A DNA stretch of 64,000 bases from a virus (Duplodnaviria > Caudoviricetes). This document shows positions 42,475 to 53,486 of this stretch, one piece after another (within the stretch, counting starts at the first letter, position 1; the number at the start of each line of letters is the position of its first letter). Below the pieces are notes generated by a model, which did not search any database, was not told the DNA's origin, and was given only the letters and a program-made list of their open reading frames with translations. The stretch is taken from positions 1-64,000 of the IMG/VR virus record IMGVR_UViG_3300033121_001334. One strand, 5' to 3'. The translations under genes and the position numbers were made by a program.

Positions 42475-43587
42475 TTATTTCGAAACATCGTAAACTGTGT
42501 TAATGGGAATCTTCTTGCCGTTTGAGAGAACCATGTTGATCTTGAAAGATTTCTTGACTCTTTCAAACGCTTGTTCTTTTGTTATGTGCGGCTTGTTCCA
42601 GCCCCTATTCGAATAGTTGTAAACCATCGTCTTTGTATTGAGAATTCCGCTTTCTTCAATAGAGTAGGTAATCTCGTGCGGAGGTTGCCACCCTTTATGG
42701 AGCCTCAATACCCAGAAATGAAGGTTATCTCCATTCTTGTCAATAAACTCTTTGCTTTGATGATTTTGTATCAATTCTTTTGATTCAAAAACTTCTTCCA
42801 AAGTGATTGTTTGGGGTTCGGATTCCCAACCCTGAATGCCAGACGAATGAGGATCGGTGTTCCATTCGTCAATCAGGTCGGCGTAGTTGAGAACGGGTTC
42901 TGTGCTATTCAGCAGGGCTAAGAACTTAACGTCGCTCTTGCCGAAGAACTTTAAGCCATATTTAGTTCTTTGGGGATAAGCAAAGATATGTTGCCTTGTT
43001 CCCTTGCGAGGCTTGATTTCACTCCGGTAAGGACTCCATTCAAACCAATGGAATCTACCAAGATAGATAACTTCTTCGCCCTTCTTTGTTGTATAGCTAT
43101 GACCAGGCTTCAAGTCCTTAGCAGAGATGTTTTGATCTTGGCGCTCGGTATAGTCAACAGCCTTCTTGTATTCTTCTGAACAGCAAGGCAAAAGAACAAG
43201 TTCTGTTCCTTTCCAGGCGTAAACAAACTTGCCTTCTAGACCACGCTTGAGGCAGTCTGTTTCCGTCAGAATACCAATAAGGTTTTCTGGCGTTACCTCA
43301 AACTCAATACCGCGAGGATCATACATGCGAATATATGATCGATTAGAACCAAAATGGTCCCAGTTGAATCGTTTGACATCTTTGTTAAGGCAAAAGCCGT
43401 CCTGAGGATTGTTATCAAACTCCTGAGCGTCAATCTTTTTGTCGCGCCAAGATTCCCAGGACTTTTCCTTGCGCAAAACTCCCTTGTTATCAAAGTAGAT
43501 AACATAAGCAAGCTTGCCTGTATAAGTTCCTTTACGGTCTTGGAAGCCAACCTTGATCTTCTTGGGTATAAAGAGATTGCCGCTCAT
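42475..43587 (-). CDS. conserved phage-type hypothetical protein
   Basis: 370 aa; IPKKIKVGFQ...KLAYVIY...LRKEKSWESWRD. Confidence 0.75.
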   Translation of the reverse strand: MSGNLFIPKKIKVGFQDRKGTYTGKLAYVIYFDNKGVLRKEKSWESWRDKKIDAQEFDNNPQDGFCLNKDVKRFNWDHFGSNRSYIRMYDPRGIEFEVTPENLIGILTETDCLKRGLEGKFVYAWKGTELVLLPCCSEEYKKAVDYTERQDQNISAKDLKPGHSYTTKKGEEVIYLGRFHWFEWSPYRSEIKPRKGTRQHIFAYPQRTKYGLKFFGKSDVKFLALLNSTEPVLNYADLIDEWNTDPHSSGIQGWESEPQTITLEEVFESKELIQNHQSKEFIDKNGDNLHFWVLRLHKGWQPPHEITYSIEESGILNTKTMVYNYSNRGWNKPHITKEQAFERVKKSFKINMVLSNGKKIPINTVYDVSK

Positions 43588-43634
43588 TCGCTCGTTTGCC
43601 TTTCTTTTTGATTGTTGCTGGTTTCGCCGTTGTA

Positions 43635-44480
43635 TTAGAGGATACGAGCGGCGTACAGGCAGATGAGCGTCTTGCAGTCTCGGATGAGGCCGTCAGCATG
43701 AAGTTTCTGAATCTCTTCGCGAGTCATCCACTTGGCTCGGATGTGTTCGCCTTCGCTGGCAAGGCCAGTGACTCCGCCGGGGCTGGTCTTGGGAACAATG
43801 CCAAGATAGAACGACATCTCTTCGTTCGTAATACCAGGCGTCATCATTGCCTTGTGAATCAAGCGAAGATCAGAAGACCCGATGACGCAGTTGCCCTCTT
43901 CTTGCGCTTCGCGAATAGCGGTCGCTTCGGCAGAGTCGCCAGGTTCGATGACGCCAGCGATTGTCTCATAAAGCCAACCGTCTTCATTGACTTCCTGAGG
44001 AGTCTTGGTTGCGTCCTGATTGGCGTTATACCAAGCAGGATAACGAAGCTGACGAATCAAGAGAAACTTGCCCTCAGAAGGACACATCGGGAGAACCGTC
44101 GTTGACATCTTCTGTAGATGAACGAACTCTCGATGGCCGGTATCAGGCGGGTTGCCGTCTTGGTTGTCAATCTCGTAGTCTTGCGTAATGATACGAACGT
44201 GTCGTCCTCGGGTTACTCGATTGTTTGTTTCGGTTAGCGTGAACGGAGGAACTTCAATACCAACAATCGGCTTGGTAGCGGGCGGGTTCGCAATCTTCTT
44301 CGGAACAATAGGACTTGTTGGAGAAGAAAAAGTGGGGACGATTGGCGCTGGCGCGGGCGTCGGCGCAGCAGGCGTTGTCCCCTGTTGAGCAGGAACAAGG
44401 ATCATGGTGCTGTAACCGGGATTGTTTTTTGCAGACGGAGCGCTAGTCGGAGGACGAGCGGAGCGGGGTTTGGATGCCAT
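43635..44480 (-). CDS. NUDIX hydrolase (ADP-ribose/NDP-sugar pyrophosphatase type)
   Basis: Nudix box GVIEPGDSAEATAIREAQEEG; LLIRQLRYP; TPGITNE. Confidence 0.9.
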   Translation of the reverse strand: MASKPRSARPPTSAPSAKNNPGYSTMILVPAQQGTTPAAPTPAPAPIVPTFSSPTSPIVPKKIANPPATKPIVGIEVPPFTLTETNNRVTRGRHVRIITQDYEIDNQDGNPPDTGHREFVHLQKMSTTVLPMCPSEGKFLLIRQLRYPAWYNANQDATKTPQEVNEDGWLYETIAGVIEPGDSAEATAIREAQEEGNCVIGSSDLRLIHKAMMTPGITNEEMSFYLGIVPKTSPGGVTGLASEGEHIRAKWMTREEIQKLHADGLIRDCKTLICLYAARIL

Positions 44481-44498
44481 TGAGATATCTTGCCTTTC

Positions 44499-45035
44499 TT
44501 AGTGATTGTTCTTGTTTTCGATAGCGGGATATGGTCTATCAATATAGGCCAAAGCAAAAGTTGAAACAACAAAGATCAGATGGATTCCTACGAGAATGCC
44601 AATCTTATGCCAGCTTGCAGCGTCAACATTCGAAGACTCTGCTGTTTCGACAAACTTCTTGAGAAGATGGATACTACTCACCCCAATTAGCGAAGATCCC
44701 ATCTTGACCTTCAAACCTGAGGCCGTGATGTGGCTCATGAATCGAGGTCGATTGATGATTGTTTCAGGATCGATTTCTCGAACAAAGATTGAATAACCGC
44801 CAATAGAAATCATGACAACCAGATTAGCAAGCATGGCGATATCAACAAGCCCCAACAGGCAAAGCATTGTCTGTTCAGAGCTTAGCTCGCCAATCTCCGA
44901 AGCCATATGATAGAGTTCTTGACAAAACTTGTAGGAGTACAAAGCAAGACCAATAGAAAGGCCTATAGAGGTAACAGCAAGCAGCCATCGGCTGGCAAAT
45001 ATGCTGCGCTCTATAAGGGAGAGAGGCTTGCTCAT
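44499..45035 (-). CDS. yqhA: YqhA / UPF0114 membrane protein
   Basis: IFASRWLL...LVDIAMLANLVVMISIGGYSIFV...LKVKMGSSLIGVSSIHLLKKF. Confidence 0.85.
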   Translation of the reverse strand: MSKPLSLIERSIFASRWLLAVTSIGLSIGLALYSYKFCQELYHMASEIGELSSEQTMLCLLGLVDIAMLANLVVMISIGGYSIFVREIDPETIINRPRFMSHITASGLKVKMGSSLIGVSSIHLLKKFVETAESSNVDAASWHKIGILVGIHLIFVVSTFALAYIDRPYPAIENKNNH

Positions 45036-45302
45036 GTTTTTGGGCTTTGCTCGGAAAGTTTAGTTACAGTCTTACCGTCCTTGCCGTATTTCGTCTCAAA
45101 ACTCTTCGTTGAGCAAAGGTTCGGGTCGCCGTCGTAAGCCCAAACAGAGCCTTTGTTTTCGCCAGCGGTTTCAGGTTGAAGATTTGCGCCTTGAAGAAGA
45201 AGTTGTTCAGTCATTTCATTGACTTCCTGAACCGCTCCTGTCATTCTACCGTCAGCATATCTTCTAGCCCAGAAGTGGAGCTTAGTCGCAATAGCAAGAG
45301 GA

Positions 45303-45650
45303 TCATGCTTTGGTGGGCTCTTTGGCATGTTTCTTCTGTTCCGCGAAATAATCCATGATAAACTCTTCGGACAAGGCTTTTCCAATTTTAGTTATGATTT
45401 CAAAGCCTTGAGAGCTATCGTCGTTATCCAGGAAACGGTCAAAGGTTTCTTGAACTTTTTTGGCGGACTCTTCTTGAGCCTTAGCAAGAATTTCCGGCGC
45501 TATCTTTGGTGACGCAGTTTCGGTTGACTGGTAACAACTTATGCGCATGCAGATTTGCATGTTTGCAAAACACAACTGCATTAGTTCAAGAATTTGTCTA
45601 GCCTGAGCCGCTGATCTCTTGTATTCAGCCGAATTCGTATCAAGACTCAT
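45303..45650 (-). CDS. hypothetical protein
   Basis: 115 aa in an overlapping gene string. Confidence 0.6.
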   Translation of the reverse strand: MSLDTNSAEYKRSAAQARQILELMQLCFANMQICMRISCYQSTETASPKIAPEILAKAQEESAKKVQETFDRFLDNDDSSQGFEIITKIGKALSEEFIMDYFAEQKKHAKEPTKA

Positions 45651-46119
45651 TTTTTTTATCTTTCTTGATTTGCCGCTCTAGCTCTTCTTTGCTCATCTCT
45701 ATAAACTGAGATTTGTCGCCTTTTTCCTGAATGAGCTTGATAGACTCTGCGGAGATTGAGCCAGGAGATTCGTTAACTTCTTCTCCTCTGTCAATGCGTA
45801 AAGCTTCGGCATAGGAAATGATAAACCAATCAGATCCGTTAGCCTTTACTGCTTGCCTCTTAAGTTCAGGAAATGCTTCTTCTTCAGAAGACGCTTCGAT
45901 CGTACCCCATGTAATGTGACAAACAGGAATACCGCCAGCGAAAAACTGAATATCTCCTTCAGCGAGATGGTTTTCCCAGTCATCGCTAGAGGCGAGCATC
46001 TTGTAGACGCTCCTATTCGTTCCTCCAGTCATGCCTTTGCGAATCATAACAAGATAAAGCTGTTCATCCATTTGGTTTCTTTCTAAGAAAAAGGAAATAA
46101 GGCTCAAAACCCTCGTCAT
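45640..46119 (-). CDS. hypothetical protein
   Basis: 159 aa (start probably MDEQL). Confidence 0.6.
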   Translation of the reverse strand: MTRVLSLISFFLERNQMDEQLYLVMIRKGMTGGTNRSVYKMLASSDDWENHLAEGDIQFFAGGIPVCHITWGTIEASSEEEAFPELKRQAVKANGSDWFIISYAEALRIDRGEEVNESPGSISAESIKLIQEKGDKSQFIEMSKEELERQIKKDKKNES

Positions 46120-46636
46120 AGCCCGGCTTATCGTATTTTACTTCCCAACCAGCTTCTTTGTATAGTTCTTCAACGTCAAGAAGCCTCTCGTCAAAGATTC
46201 TGTTTCGAGAAAATCCTATCGCGACAAGTTGGTTTACAATCTCTCGTTGCAAAATTCTTGCAGCGCCATTCTTGTATTTTTCCGAGATTAACGAGTTGAA
46301 GACTTCAATAACTTTATCGGGAATTGAAGCTGAAGGCTTTATTTGCTCTGGTGTTATCGGTTTAGTTTTCTTTTGATTCTGTGGTTCTGACCAAGGATTG
46401 AGAGGAGGATAACCAGCGACTCTAGGCTTGAATTGATTATCCATTTCAACAGCAAAAACACAATCTTTGAATAGTTTCCTGATTCCAGAAGAAGTAACAA
46501 GCCATTTATTGTTATCAAGTATTTCTTCAGTCCATTCCCATTTTTTACTATTGATTTTGTTTATCTTATATCTGCGAGTAGGTCCAACTTGCAGTATATA
46601 CTCGCCTTGTTTATTTTCATAGTGATGGGGAATCAT
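46064..46636 (-). CDS. hypothetical protein
   Basis: 190 aa; LDVEELYKEAGWEVKYDKPGYDE. Confidence 0.7.
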   Translation of the reverse strand: MIPHHYENKQGEYILQVGPTRRYKINKINSKKWEWTEEILDNNKWLVTSSGIRKLFKDCVFAVEMDNQFKPRVAGYPPLNPWSEPQNQKKTKPITPEQIKPSASIPDKVIEVFNSLISEKYKNGAARILQREIVNQLVAIGFSRNRIFDERLLDVEELYKEAGWEVKYDKPGYDEGFEPYFLFLRKKPNG

Positions 46637-47249
46637 ATTTGAACCTGCGTTTCCTTAGCGAGATGAATGAGATCTTTGATTAGAAGCTCTCTATCAGATC
46701 TTTTCTCTTCAAGAGATTGCGCCATCGAACAGAGAACGCCAAGTCTATGCTCGACGGCTTCGTTTCTCGTTATGAAAAAGTGAATCGACGCAAAACCAGG
46801 ATACAAGATCGCTGTTCGTCCCTGAATCTCGGTAACTCCAGTTACTTCGATCTCTTTGAGGGTGCCAAAGTGCCAAACCCAAACCTTGTCGCCTTTAGAA
46901 ACCATTATGCATCTCAAATAATTATGTTATCTTCGAATTCGCCTAGAAGTCTAAGAAGAAGTTCTTTATCATGCTTTTCATATGCGTTATAATGGCGCAG
47001 TTCGGCAAGATGAGCAAATTTCATTTATTCAACTTCCTGAAAAGAAGACTTCTCAAAAATTATTGCATCGTTTATTTTTTCATTTACATCAACGTAATAG
47101 TCGCCTTGATAAACAATGACTCCAACATTGTCTCGAACTTCAACTTCTTTTATTATGTCGTATCTAGCGATTGCAGGAAGAGGCGAAAAACCATCTTGTC
47201 GCTTGCCTGGCGGGAGAGTTCTTTTAGCGCAAAGTATGGCCTTCATTTA

Positions 47250-48557
47250 TTACCCTTTCAAGACAGCAACAGGCAGAAGTTCGATTTGGATATCAACCAA
47301 GTCCTTTTGGTTGTTCATAACAACGTCAATGCTTTTATATGCGCTTCCAAGTTCGTCATGAGCTTCTTGAACTCCATAAAGCTCAACAGAACCAAGCTGC
47401 GAAGCCTGCGAAGGGTCAAGCCCGTCAGCAATACGCTTCTTAGCGGTTGTTCTACTGAAGTTTCGACCCGCACCATGCGAACAAGAGTTGAAGCTGTCTG
47501 GGTTTTCCTTACCCTTTACAATGTAGCTCTTGCTGCACATCGAACCAGGAATAATTCCAACAGTCGTCTTGCGAGCGAGCGTTGCTCCTTTGCGATGAAC
47601 CCATACATTCTCACCATGATGATGTTCAATCGTTGCGTAGTTATGGTGAATGTTGATAATGTCCTTGAGAGCAGCCGTCTGGTGATATTGCTCTCTAACA
47701 GCTTCCTGACAACATATCATCATGAGTTTTCTGTTTACAAGAGCGTAATCTTGCGCAGCCAAAAGGCTTGCAATGTACCATTGTCCTTCGTCAGAATCAG
47801 CGGGCAAGAATGCTAGTTCTTCATTAGGAAGGCGAGTGTAGTATCTCTTGCAGGTCTTGACGGCAAGGTGATGGAACTTCTTGGCAAGCTGAGCGCCAAA
47901 GCCTCTGGAACCGCTATGAAGCATGAACCAGGCGTTGCCTTCTGCGTCTTGCTGAAGCTCAATGAAGTGGTTTCCGCCACCAAGAGTTCCTATTTGTATT
48001 TTTGCTCTGCACCATGCAGGATAATCAAGAGTCTTACAGAATTCTTTTGCTTCCTCAACCTTTTTCTCGACATCAGCAATATGGTCAATAATACGCTTAT
48101 GACCAAGCCAGAGATCGCTTCTAGAGCGGTTTTTACCTTCGCCAACAGGGACATCAGCGGCAATGGCTGTCATGAGCTTCTTGATATCAAGGTCTGCGAC
48201 TTTGATACCTGAATTCCATGCACACATTCCGCACCCGATATCCACCCCGACCGCATTTGGTGAAACGGCATTATGAAGCGGCAGGACGCAGCCGACTGGG
48301 ACTCCAAAACCTGTATGAGCGTCGGGCATGAGCGCAACATGGCGATAGACGCAAGGAAGGCGAGCAGCTTCGCTGACTTGACGAATTGCGCCTTCTTCTA
48401 GGTTGAGGATGGGCTTGCCGGTTTCTGAATCGACATCCTTCGTCCAGCACTTGACAGGAACGCCGCCAGTTTGCTCGGGCGGGATTACGACGGGTCCGAG
48501 TTTTTCTTCAATGGTTGACATGATGTGATTATAGGATAAAAAATGGCACAAAATCAA
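47250..48557 (-). CDS. rtcB: RtcB RNA 3'-phosphate/5'-OH ligase
   Basis: MPDAH, GVDIGCGM, GTLGGGNHFIE, HSGSRG, HHNY, HRKGA, PGSM, SHGAGR. Confidence 0.95.
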   Translation of the reverse strand: MILCHFLSYNHIMSTIEEKLGPVVIPPEQTGGVPVKCWTKDVDSETGKPILNLEEGAIRQVSEAARLPCVYRHVALMPDAHTGFGVPVGCVLPLHNAVSPNAVGVDIGCGMCAWNSGIKVADLDIKKLMTAIAADVPVGEGKNRSRSDLWLGHKRIIDHIADVEKKVEEAKEFCKTLDYPAWCRAKIQIGTLGGGNHFIELQQDAEGNAWFMLHSGSRGFGAQLAKKFHHLAVKTCKRYYTRLPNEELAFLPADSDEGQWYIASLLAAQDYALVNRKLMMICCQEAVREQYHQTAALKDIINIHHNYATIEHHHGENVWVHRKGATLARKTTVGIIPGSMCSKSYIVKGKENPDSFNSCSHGAGRNFSRTTAKKRIADGLDPSQASQLGSVELYGVQEAHDELGSAYKSIDVVMNNQKDLVDIQIELLPVAVLKG

Positions 48558-48588
48558 ACGTGTCTAAAGTGTTTTCATTCAAAACTTG

Positions 48589-49338
48589 CTATTTGTTCCA
48601 GAACCAATTAGGAAGAGATTCTAAAAAGTAAATTCGTTCTTGAGTTAAAGGCCGAAGTCTTGTTCCTTTGCCTTTATAATTTCTTTTTTGATTAGCAATC
48701 CACTTGCCTAATCTTTTTTCTTCTAAATCTTTGGACTTTTGAGATGGATACTTTTTATTCTTTTCTTGAAATTCTTTAACAGAATTAGCATTTTCCTGCC
48801 AAATATTATCAAGATCTACTTCCCATTTCCAACCAGGAATGGATTCGAGAAAAGAAATTTGTTCTTGAGTTAAAGGCCTTGCTCCCTTCCCTTTGTAGTT
48901 CTTTTTTTGACAAGAACACCAGCTTCCTAATCTTTTTTCTTCTTTATTTTTAGAATGATCAGATGGATGCTTTTTATTATTTTCTTGAAATTCTTTAACA
49001 GAGTTAGCATTCTTTTGCCAAAGATCATCATCATCCCAGTACCAACCAGGAATAGATTCAAGAAAAGAAATCTGCTCCTTAGTTAAGGGTCTTAACTCTT
49101 TTGCTTTACCTTTGTAATTCTTTTTTTGATTAGCAACCCAGTAACTTAATCTCTTTTCTTCTTTGTTTTTAGAATTATGAGTTGGAAATCTATTATTGAT
49201 TTCTTGAAATTCTTTAACAGAATTAGCATTCTGTTGCCAAATATTATCAAGATCTAAAGACTGCTGCCACGGGACAGTATCAATAGCGTTGAGTCGTTTA
49301 ACGGCTTTAAGTTTAGTTCTTTTATTCCAGCCTAGCAT
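48589..49338 (-). CDS. helicase-associated (HA) domain repeat protein, three repeats
   Basis: W..NANSVKEFQE.N...PS...K..EEKRLG.W...QK.NYKG three times, with DNA-level similarity. Confidence 0.85.
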   Translation of the reverse strand: MLGWNKRTKLKAVKRLNAIDTVPWQQSLDLDNIWQQNANSVKEFQEINNRFPTHNSKNKEEKRLSYWVANQKKNYKGKAKELRPLTKEQISFLESIPGWYWDDDDLWQKNANSVKEFQENNKKHPSDHSKNKEEKRLGSWCSCQKKNYKGKGARPLTQEQISFLESIPGWKWEVDLDNIWQENANSVKEFQEKNKKYPSQKSKDLEEKRLGKWIANQKRNYKGKGTRLRPLTQERIYFLESLPNWFWNK

Positions 49339-50021
49339 TACTTATCCTTATTCGGAATAAAAACAAGCGTCCCCATGACAGTCTTCGGATTCGCCGCATC
49401 GCTATTAGTCTTCTTGTTCGGCTGAGTGCCATTATAGGTATAGGCAGAGTTTCCAGCAACTTTCCACTTTTTCTTGCTCCAAACCAAACGAAACATCGCA
49501 TTTTTGCAAAGATTGTCAATCAACTCTTTGACGCTAGAAAAGCGATTATGAGCCTTAATCACAACATTCAATACAAACATTGTATCTGTGTGATTGTTTT
49601 CATAAAGAAAGTTCAAAATTCTTCCAGCATGTATGGCTCCCTTGTCTGTCATGTTAATCAGGTCAGCATTAACTATTGCTGGATTGAAATTTCCATTATG
49701 CTGAGCAATCTTCATGGCTGTCAAAAAATCCAAACCATACCAATTTGATTCTTTGTATAGCTGGTTCTTTTTGTGAATTTTTTGTTCAGAATCTACTCCG
49801 TGAAATTGATTGGGAGTTATCAAGCCAGCCTTGATAACTTGATCAAGCTCGGAATCTTCTAAGATGCCGCTTTCGTCAGCGCAAAGAGCGCACATGCTCC
49901 AGTATTGTTTGTCTTCTGGAAGAGAAGGACCAATAAATTGCTTATACACATCAATGATAGTCGCTTCTCTAGCAGCATGCTTACGAGGGCAACCTGTGTA
50001 CGTTTTAGGAGTAATGGTCAT
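49338..50021 (-). CDS. hypothetical protein (possible Rossmann-like fold)
   Basis: 227 aa, coupled to the helicase and HA genes. Confidence 0.65.
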   Translation of the reverse strand: MTITPKTYTGCPRKHAAREATIIDVYKQFIGPSLPEDKQYWSMCALCADESGILEDSELDQVIKAGLITPNQFHGVDSEQKIHKKNQLYKESNWYGLDFLTAMKIAQHNGNFNPAIVNADLINMTDKGAIHAGRILNFLYENNHTDTMFVLNVVIKAHNRFSSVKELIDNLCKNAMFRLVWSKKKWKVAGNSAYTYNGTQPNKKTNSDAANPKTVMGTLVFIPNKDK

Positions 50022-50085
50022 AGTTTAAACCAGTCTGGTCTCAAAGATCTAATAATCTTGTCAAACTCAGTATCATATCCAGTTT

Positions 50086-52314
50086 TTATTCGCCATACAA
50101 TCTTCTCTTTTCTTCAAGAAGAGATTGATTACGCTTCCAGCTATAAGCTTCTTCGTATAATGAAACCTCTTCTGGATCCGAAGATTTCTTTTGAGGATTT
50201 CGATTGTTTTTGGCAACAAATGCGTCAAGTCGATCAATGAAGTTGTTGAATCTTTCCAGAGAATGACTTGTTGAAATTCTGGTTACAGCATTTCGGAAAG
50301 ACTTGAAAGAATCAATACCAATGGCTTCCGCAGCAAAGGATACAAGCAAACCCTCTGGAGAGATTTCTTCCGGGCTAACAAGGCCAAATTCTTCAGCCAT
50401 CATGCGAACCAAAGGAGAGTCAAAATCAAGTGAAAGCCGAACGCTATTGGCTTTCATTGCAGAAGCTCTACGGGCCGTGTAGGTGGCAACCGATTCAGCA
50501 TACAGGTGAACGAGTTCTTCATCTACATCAAGGTCAAGAAGGATATCCGAAACGATATCAATTCTTTCCTTCAGGCTAATTTCTCGACCTTCCATTGCAA
50601 TTCTTGCAGTTACAACAGCAAGGAATTCGCTTCTCTTGTCCATTGTTTCAAACAACTCGCTCATAAGGTCGCCGCCAGAAATTTCTTCTTTTTCTTCAGG
50701 ATTGTTTCTCTTTGGAGCCGTAACCATTATGGGCTGCATAATATCAATGCACATCATGAGCGCCAAGTTCAAACTCAAAAGCGCTTGATTAAGGTCTTCC
50801 GACATTGATTCCGAATCGACCTTTGTTGAAGTCGGAAGTAGCCATGTCATTACAGCATAGCTTTTTCCAGCAACATCTCTGATCATTCGACCATTGATCT
50901 GAACAATCATGGCGAGAGACTTAACGTTGCCAATCAAAATAATCTGGTCGCAAGCAATCCAATCAAACCCCTCTTTGCACATACCCAGAGCGATGATAAC
51001 ATCAACAGAGTCTTTGCCGTCATTAACTCCTCTCAGGAATTTCTTAACACTTTTGCGAATGTGATCTTCGTCGTCAACGGCGTCAACAACGGTTATCCAC
51101 TTGTTCTTGCCAACACGAAGTTGGAAAACTCCTTCAACAGTTTCACCGTCGCTGTTTGTGTAGGTTTTTTTCTCGATACCTTTTTTCCAGCCGACCCCCT
51201 CAAGTATTCCATGCAAAACGTTTTCAACGTCGTCCTTCTTGCGGCTAACAGGAAAAGCTGAGTCTTCGCCCTTTGTTCTTGCTGGAATAAAGAAGATTGG
51301 TTTGTTTAGGCCATGTTTGCGAATTGTGCTTGCAATTGGCTTGACAAAGCTTTCTTTGGTAGAAAAAACTCCAAAGTCGTAAATCAACTTGTTGAGATAC
51401 TTGAAGTATTTGAAGTATTCATCGAACGGTAGTTCATAAAAAGCTCCGTCAAGAAGCTTTGCAAACTTACCAGCAAAAATGCGCCGTCTGTCGCCGCGGA
51501 AGAAGGTTGCAGTGAGGCCGCAGATATGAGTATTAAGTTGTCTGTTTTCCAGAATATAAAAGATCATCTCTCCGAGCGTGTTGCAGGTTTCTTCTGAGTT
51601 GTCAACAAAGAGATGATGAAACTCATCAATGACTATGAGGAGATTTGAAAGAAGATGGAGCTTCTTTGCTTTCTTGAGTTCTTTGTAGACCCGAGCTAGC
51701 GTCGAATGAGTAACTATGGCGATTCTTGAGTGGGGCTCAACACCAGCCGGATCTGTAAGGAACTTTATTGTTTCTTTAACTTTGCCTTCTTCTGAAGCGC
51801 AAGCCTTGCCTGCCGACTGGCAAAGATCAAGACAGGGACTCCATGTAACGCAATCCTTTTTGGGGAAAAGAGATTTCCAATTATGTCTTTCTTGATCAGT
51901 CAAAGCTTTAAAGCAAGCCCAGTTTTCTTCTCCAATCAAAAAGCTAGAGATTTCGCCATCTTTGGTGTGACGCCAAGCTTCGCCAATAACTTCCTGAGGT
52001 GGAGCAATAATTGCTCTAACTTTAGGATTATCAGTCAAAATTTGAGAAACAGCAATTGAGGTAGTCTTGCTTTTACCTGCTCCAGTTGAAAGAATCAAAC
52101 CAGAAATAGGATGATTATTAGCATATCTGTCGCAAATATGCTTTACTGCTGGTTCCTGATACTCTCTAGGAATGTAGACCTTTTCCTCGAAATCAGGAAA
52201 ATAAACACTTTCAATTTTGTGATTCGGGTCACGAGAACATACAAACAGAGGCTTTGTTTCTGTTTGATGGATTCTCTTTTTAGTCAAAGAGTGTTTCGCT
52301 AGATCTACCACCAT
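50086..52314 (-). CDS. superfamily 2 DEAD/DEAH-like helicase (ResIII type)
   Basis: LSTGAGKS, VIDEFHH, GLTATFFR, IALGMCKEGFDW, VQINGRMIRD. Confidence 0.88.
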   Translation of the reverse strand: MVVDLAKHSLTKKRIHQTETKPLFVCSRDPNHKIESVYFPDFEEKVYIPREYQEPAVKHICDRYANNHPISGLILSTGAGKSKTTSIAVSQILTDNPKVRAIIAPPQEVIGEAWRHTKDGEISSFLIGEENWACFKALTDQERHNWKSLFPKKDCVTWSPCLDLCQSAGKACASEEGKVKETIKFLTDPAGVEPHSRIAIVTHSTLARVYKELKKAKKLHLLSNLLIVIDEFHHLFVDNSEETCNTLGEMIFYILENRQLNTHICGLTATFFRGDRRRIFAGKFAKLLDGAFYELPFDEYFKYFKYLNKLIYDFGVFSTKESFVKPIASTIRKHGLNKPIFFIPARTKGEDSAFPVSRKKDDVENVLHGILEGVGWKKGIEKKTYTNSDGETVEGVFQLRVGKNKWITVVDAVDDEDHIRKSVKKFLRGVNDGKDSVDVIIALGMCKEGFDWIACDQIILIGNVKSLAMIVQINGRMIRDVAGKSYAVMTWLLPTSTKVDSESMSEDLNQALLSLNLALMMCIDIMQPIMVTAPKRNNPEEKEEISGGDLMSELFETMDKRSEFLAVVTARIAMEGREISLKERIDIVSDILLDLDVDEELVHLYAESVATYTARRASAMKANSVRLSLDFDSPLVRMMAEEFGLVSPEEISPEGLLVSFAAEAIGIDSFKSFRNAVTRISTSHSLERFNNFIDRLDAFVAKNNRNPQKKSSDPEEVSLYEEAYSWKRNQSLLEEKRRLYGE

Positions 52315-52664
52315 CTATAAACCTTTCTTTCTTGTTTTCCAGGCTTTCTTCGCAGCGTTGCTACGGACAGAAGCCTTCTTGTTTCTGGTAATCCATGCTT
52401 TACGAGCCGCAAGACTTGACTTTTGAGAAATAGCCATATCTCTATCCTTTAGTTGCAAAGTTTAGTCCTCTGCTTGAGGGTAAAGAATCACATGTCGTTC
52501 ATACTGGTATCTCTTGTGAAAGATAGAGATTTTGAACAGTCAAAGTATATTCGAGCAAGTTCTCACTTGCAAATTTTGATGACTATTTCTGTAAGAAAAA
52601 CTTCCTGCAACTCCTTGCAACTCCTTGCGGCTCTTTGCGACTCCTTGCGGCTCTTTGCGACTCC

Positions 52665-53444
52665 TTACGAAGGGTTGAAAATATTCACAGAATTTGAGAG
52701 CCTACCTTTTGCTTGCTCAAAGTATTCCTGATTCTTCTCTACGCACAAATAGTCAAGCCCAAGACCTTCGCAAGCAACCGCTGTCGTTCCTGACCCACAC
52801 ATTGGATCAAGAACGAATCCTCCTTTAGGACAACCAATTTCTAAACATCGCTGAACCAGCCAAATTGGTTTCTGGTGAGGATGCCCAACCCTTTCGGAAG
52901 TTGGAGTTATAGAACTCGTCCAAACGTTCCGTAGCTGCTTACCTTGCGCAAAAGTCTTACTAGCCTCGTAGTTGAAGTAGTAATCTTTTGATTTTACAGC
53001 CCATATCAGATGTTCTGTAGATTCAATCAGACCTGATTGAGTAATGTTGAACATCGCATTGTCTTTGTACCAGACAATAGAGTTGACAATCTTCATACCT
53101 AGTTGGCGTTGAAGGATCTCTCCGCAAAGATAGAGATTATGAAATGAAGCGCAAAGGAAAAGATTGCCAGTATCCTTCATGGCTTCCTTGATAAGAGTTA
53201 GCCATTTCAAATAAGACTGATATTGCTCTTCAATGGACTCAAACTGGTCCCAATCCTCGTCGGACTTTTTCCAGTTCTTGTCTTTGTGGGAAAGCTTTTT
53301 GTTGCCGATTCCGTAAGGCGGGTCAAAGAAAACAAAGTCAACTTGGTTTTTGAACCGAGATAGCTCCGTCTCTGCGTCTGAGTTCAGCAACTTTCCCATT
53401 AGAGCGTAAATCGACCTTCCAGCTTTGATTCTGGGCTCTTTCAC
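52665..53444 (-). CDS. DNA N4-C/N6-A methyltransferase, beta class
   Basis: FFDPPY, GHPHQKP, VLDPMCGSGTT. Confidence 0.92.
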   Translation of the reverse strand: MKEPRIKAGRSIYALMGKLLNSDAETELSRFKNQVDFVFFDPPYGIGNKKLSHKDKNWKKSDEDWDQFESIEEQYQSYLKWLTLIKEAMKDTGNLFLCASFHNLYLCGEILQRQLGMKIVNSIVWYKDNAMFNITQSGLIESTEHLIWAVKSKDYYFNYEASKTFAQGKQLRNVWTSSITPTSERVGHPHQKPIWLVQRCLEIGCPKGGFVLDPMCGSGTTAVACEGLGLDYLCVEKNQEYFEQAKGRLSNSVNIFNPS

Positions 53445-53486
53445 GCTATGGTCTAAAACTAAACTTCTGTCGCAAAATCAACAGCT

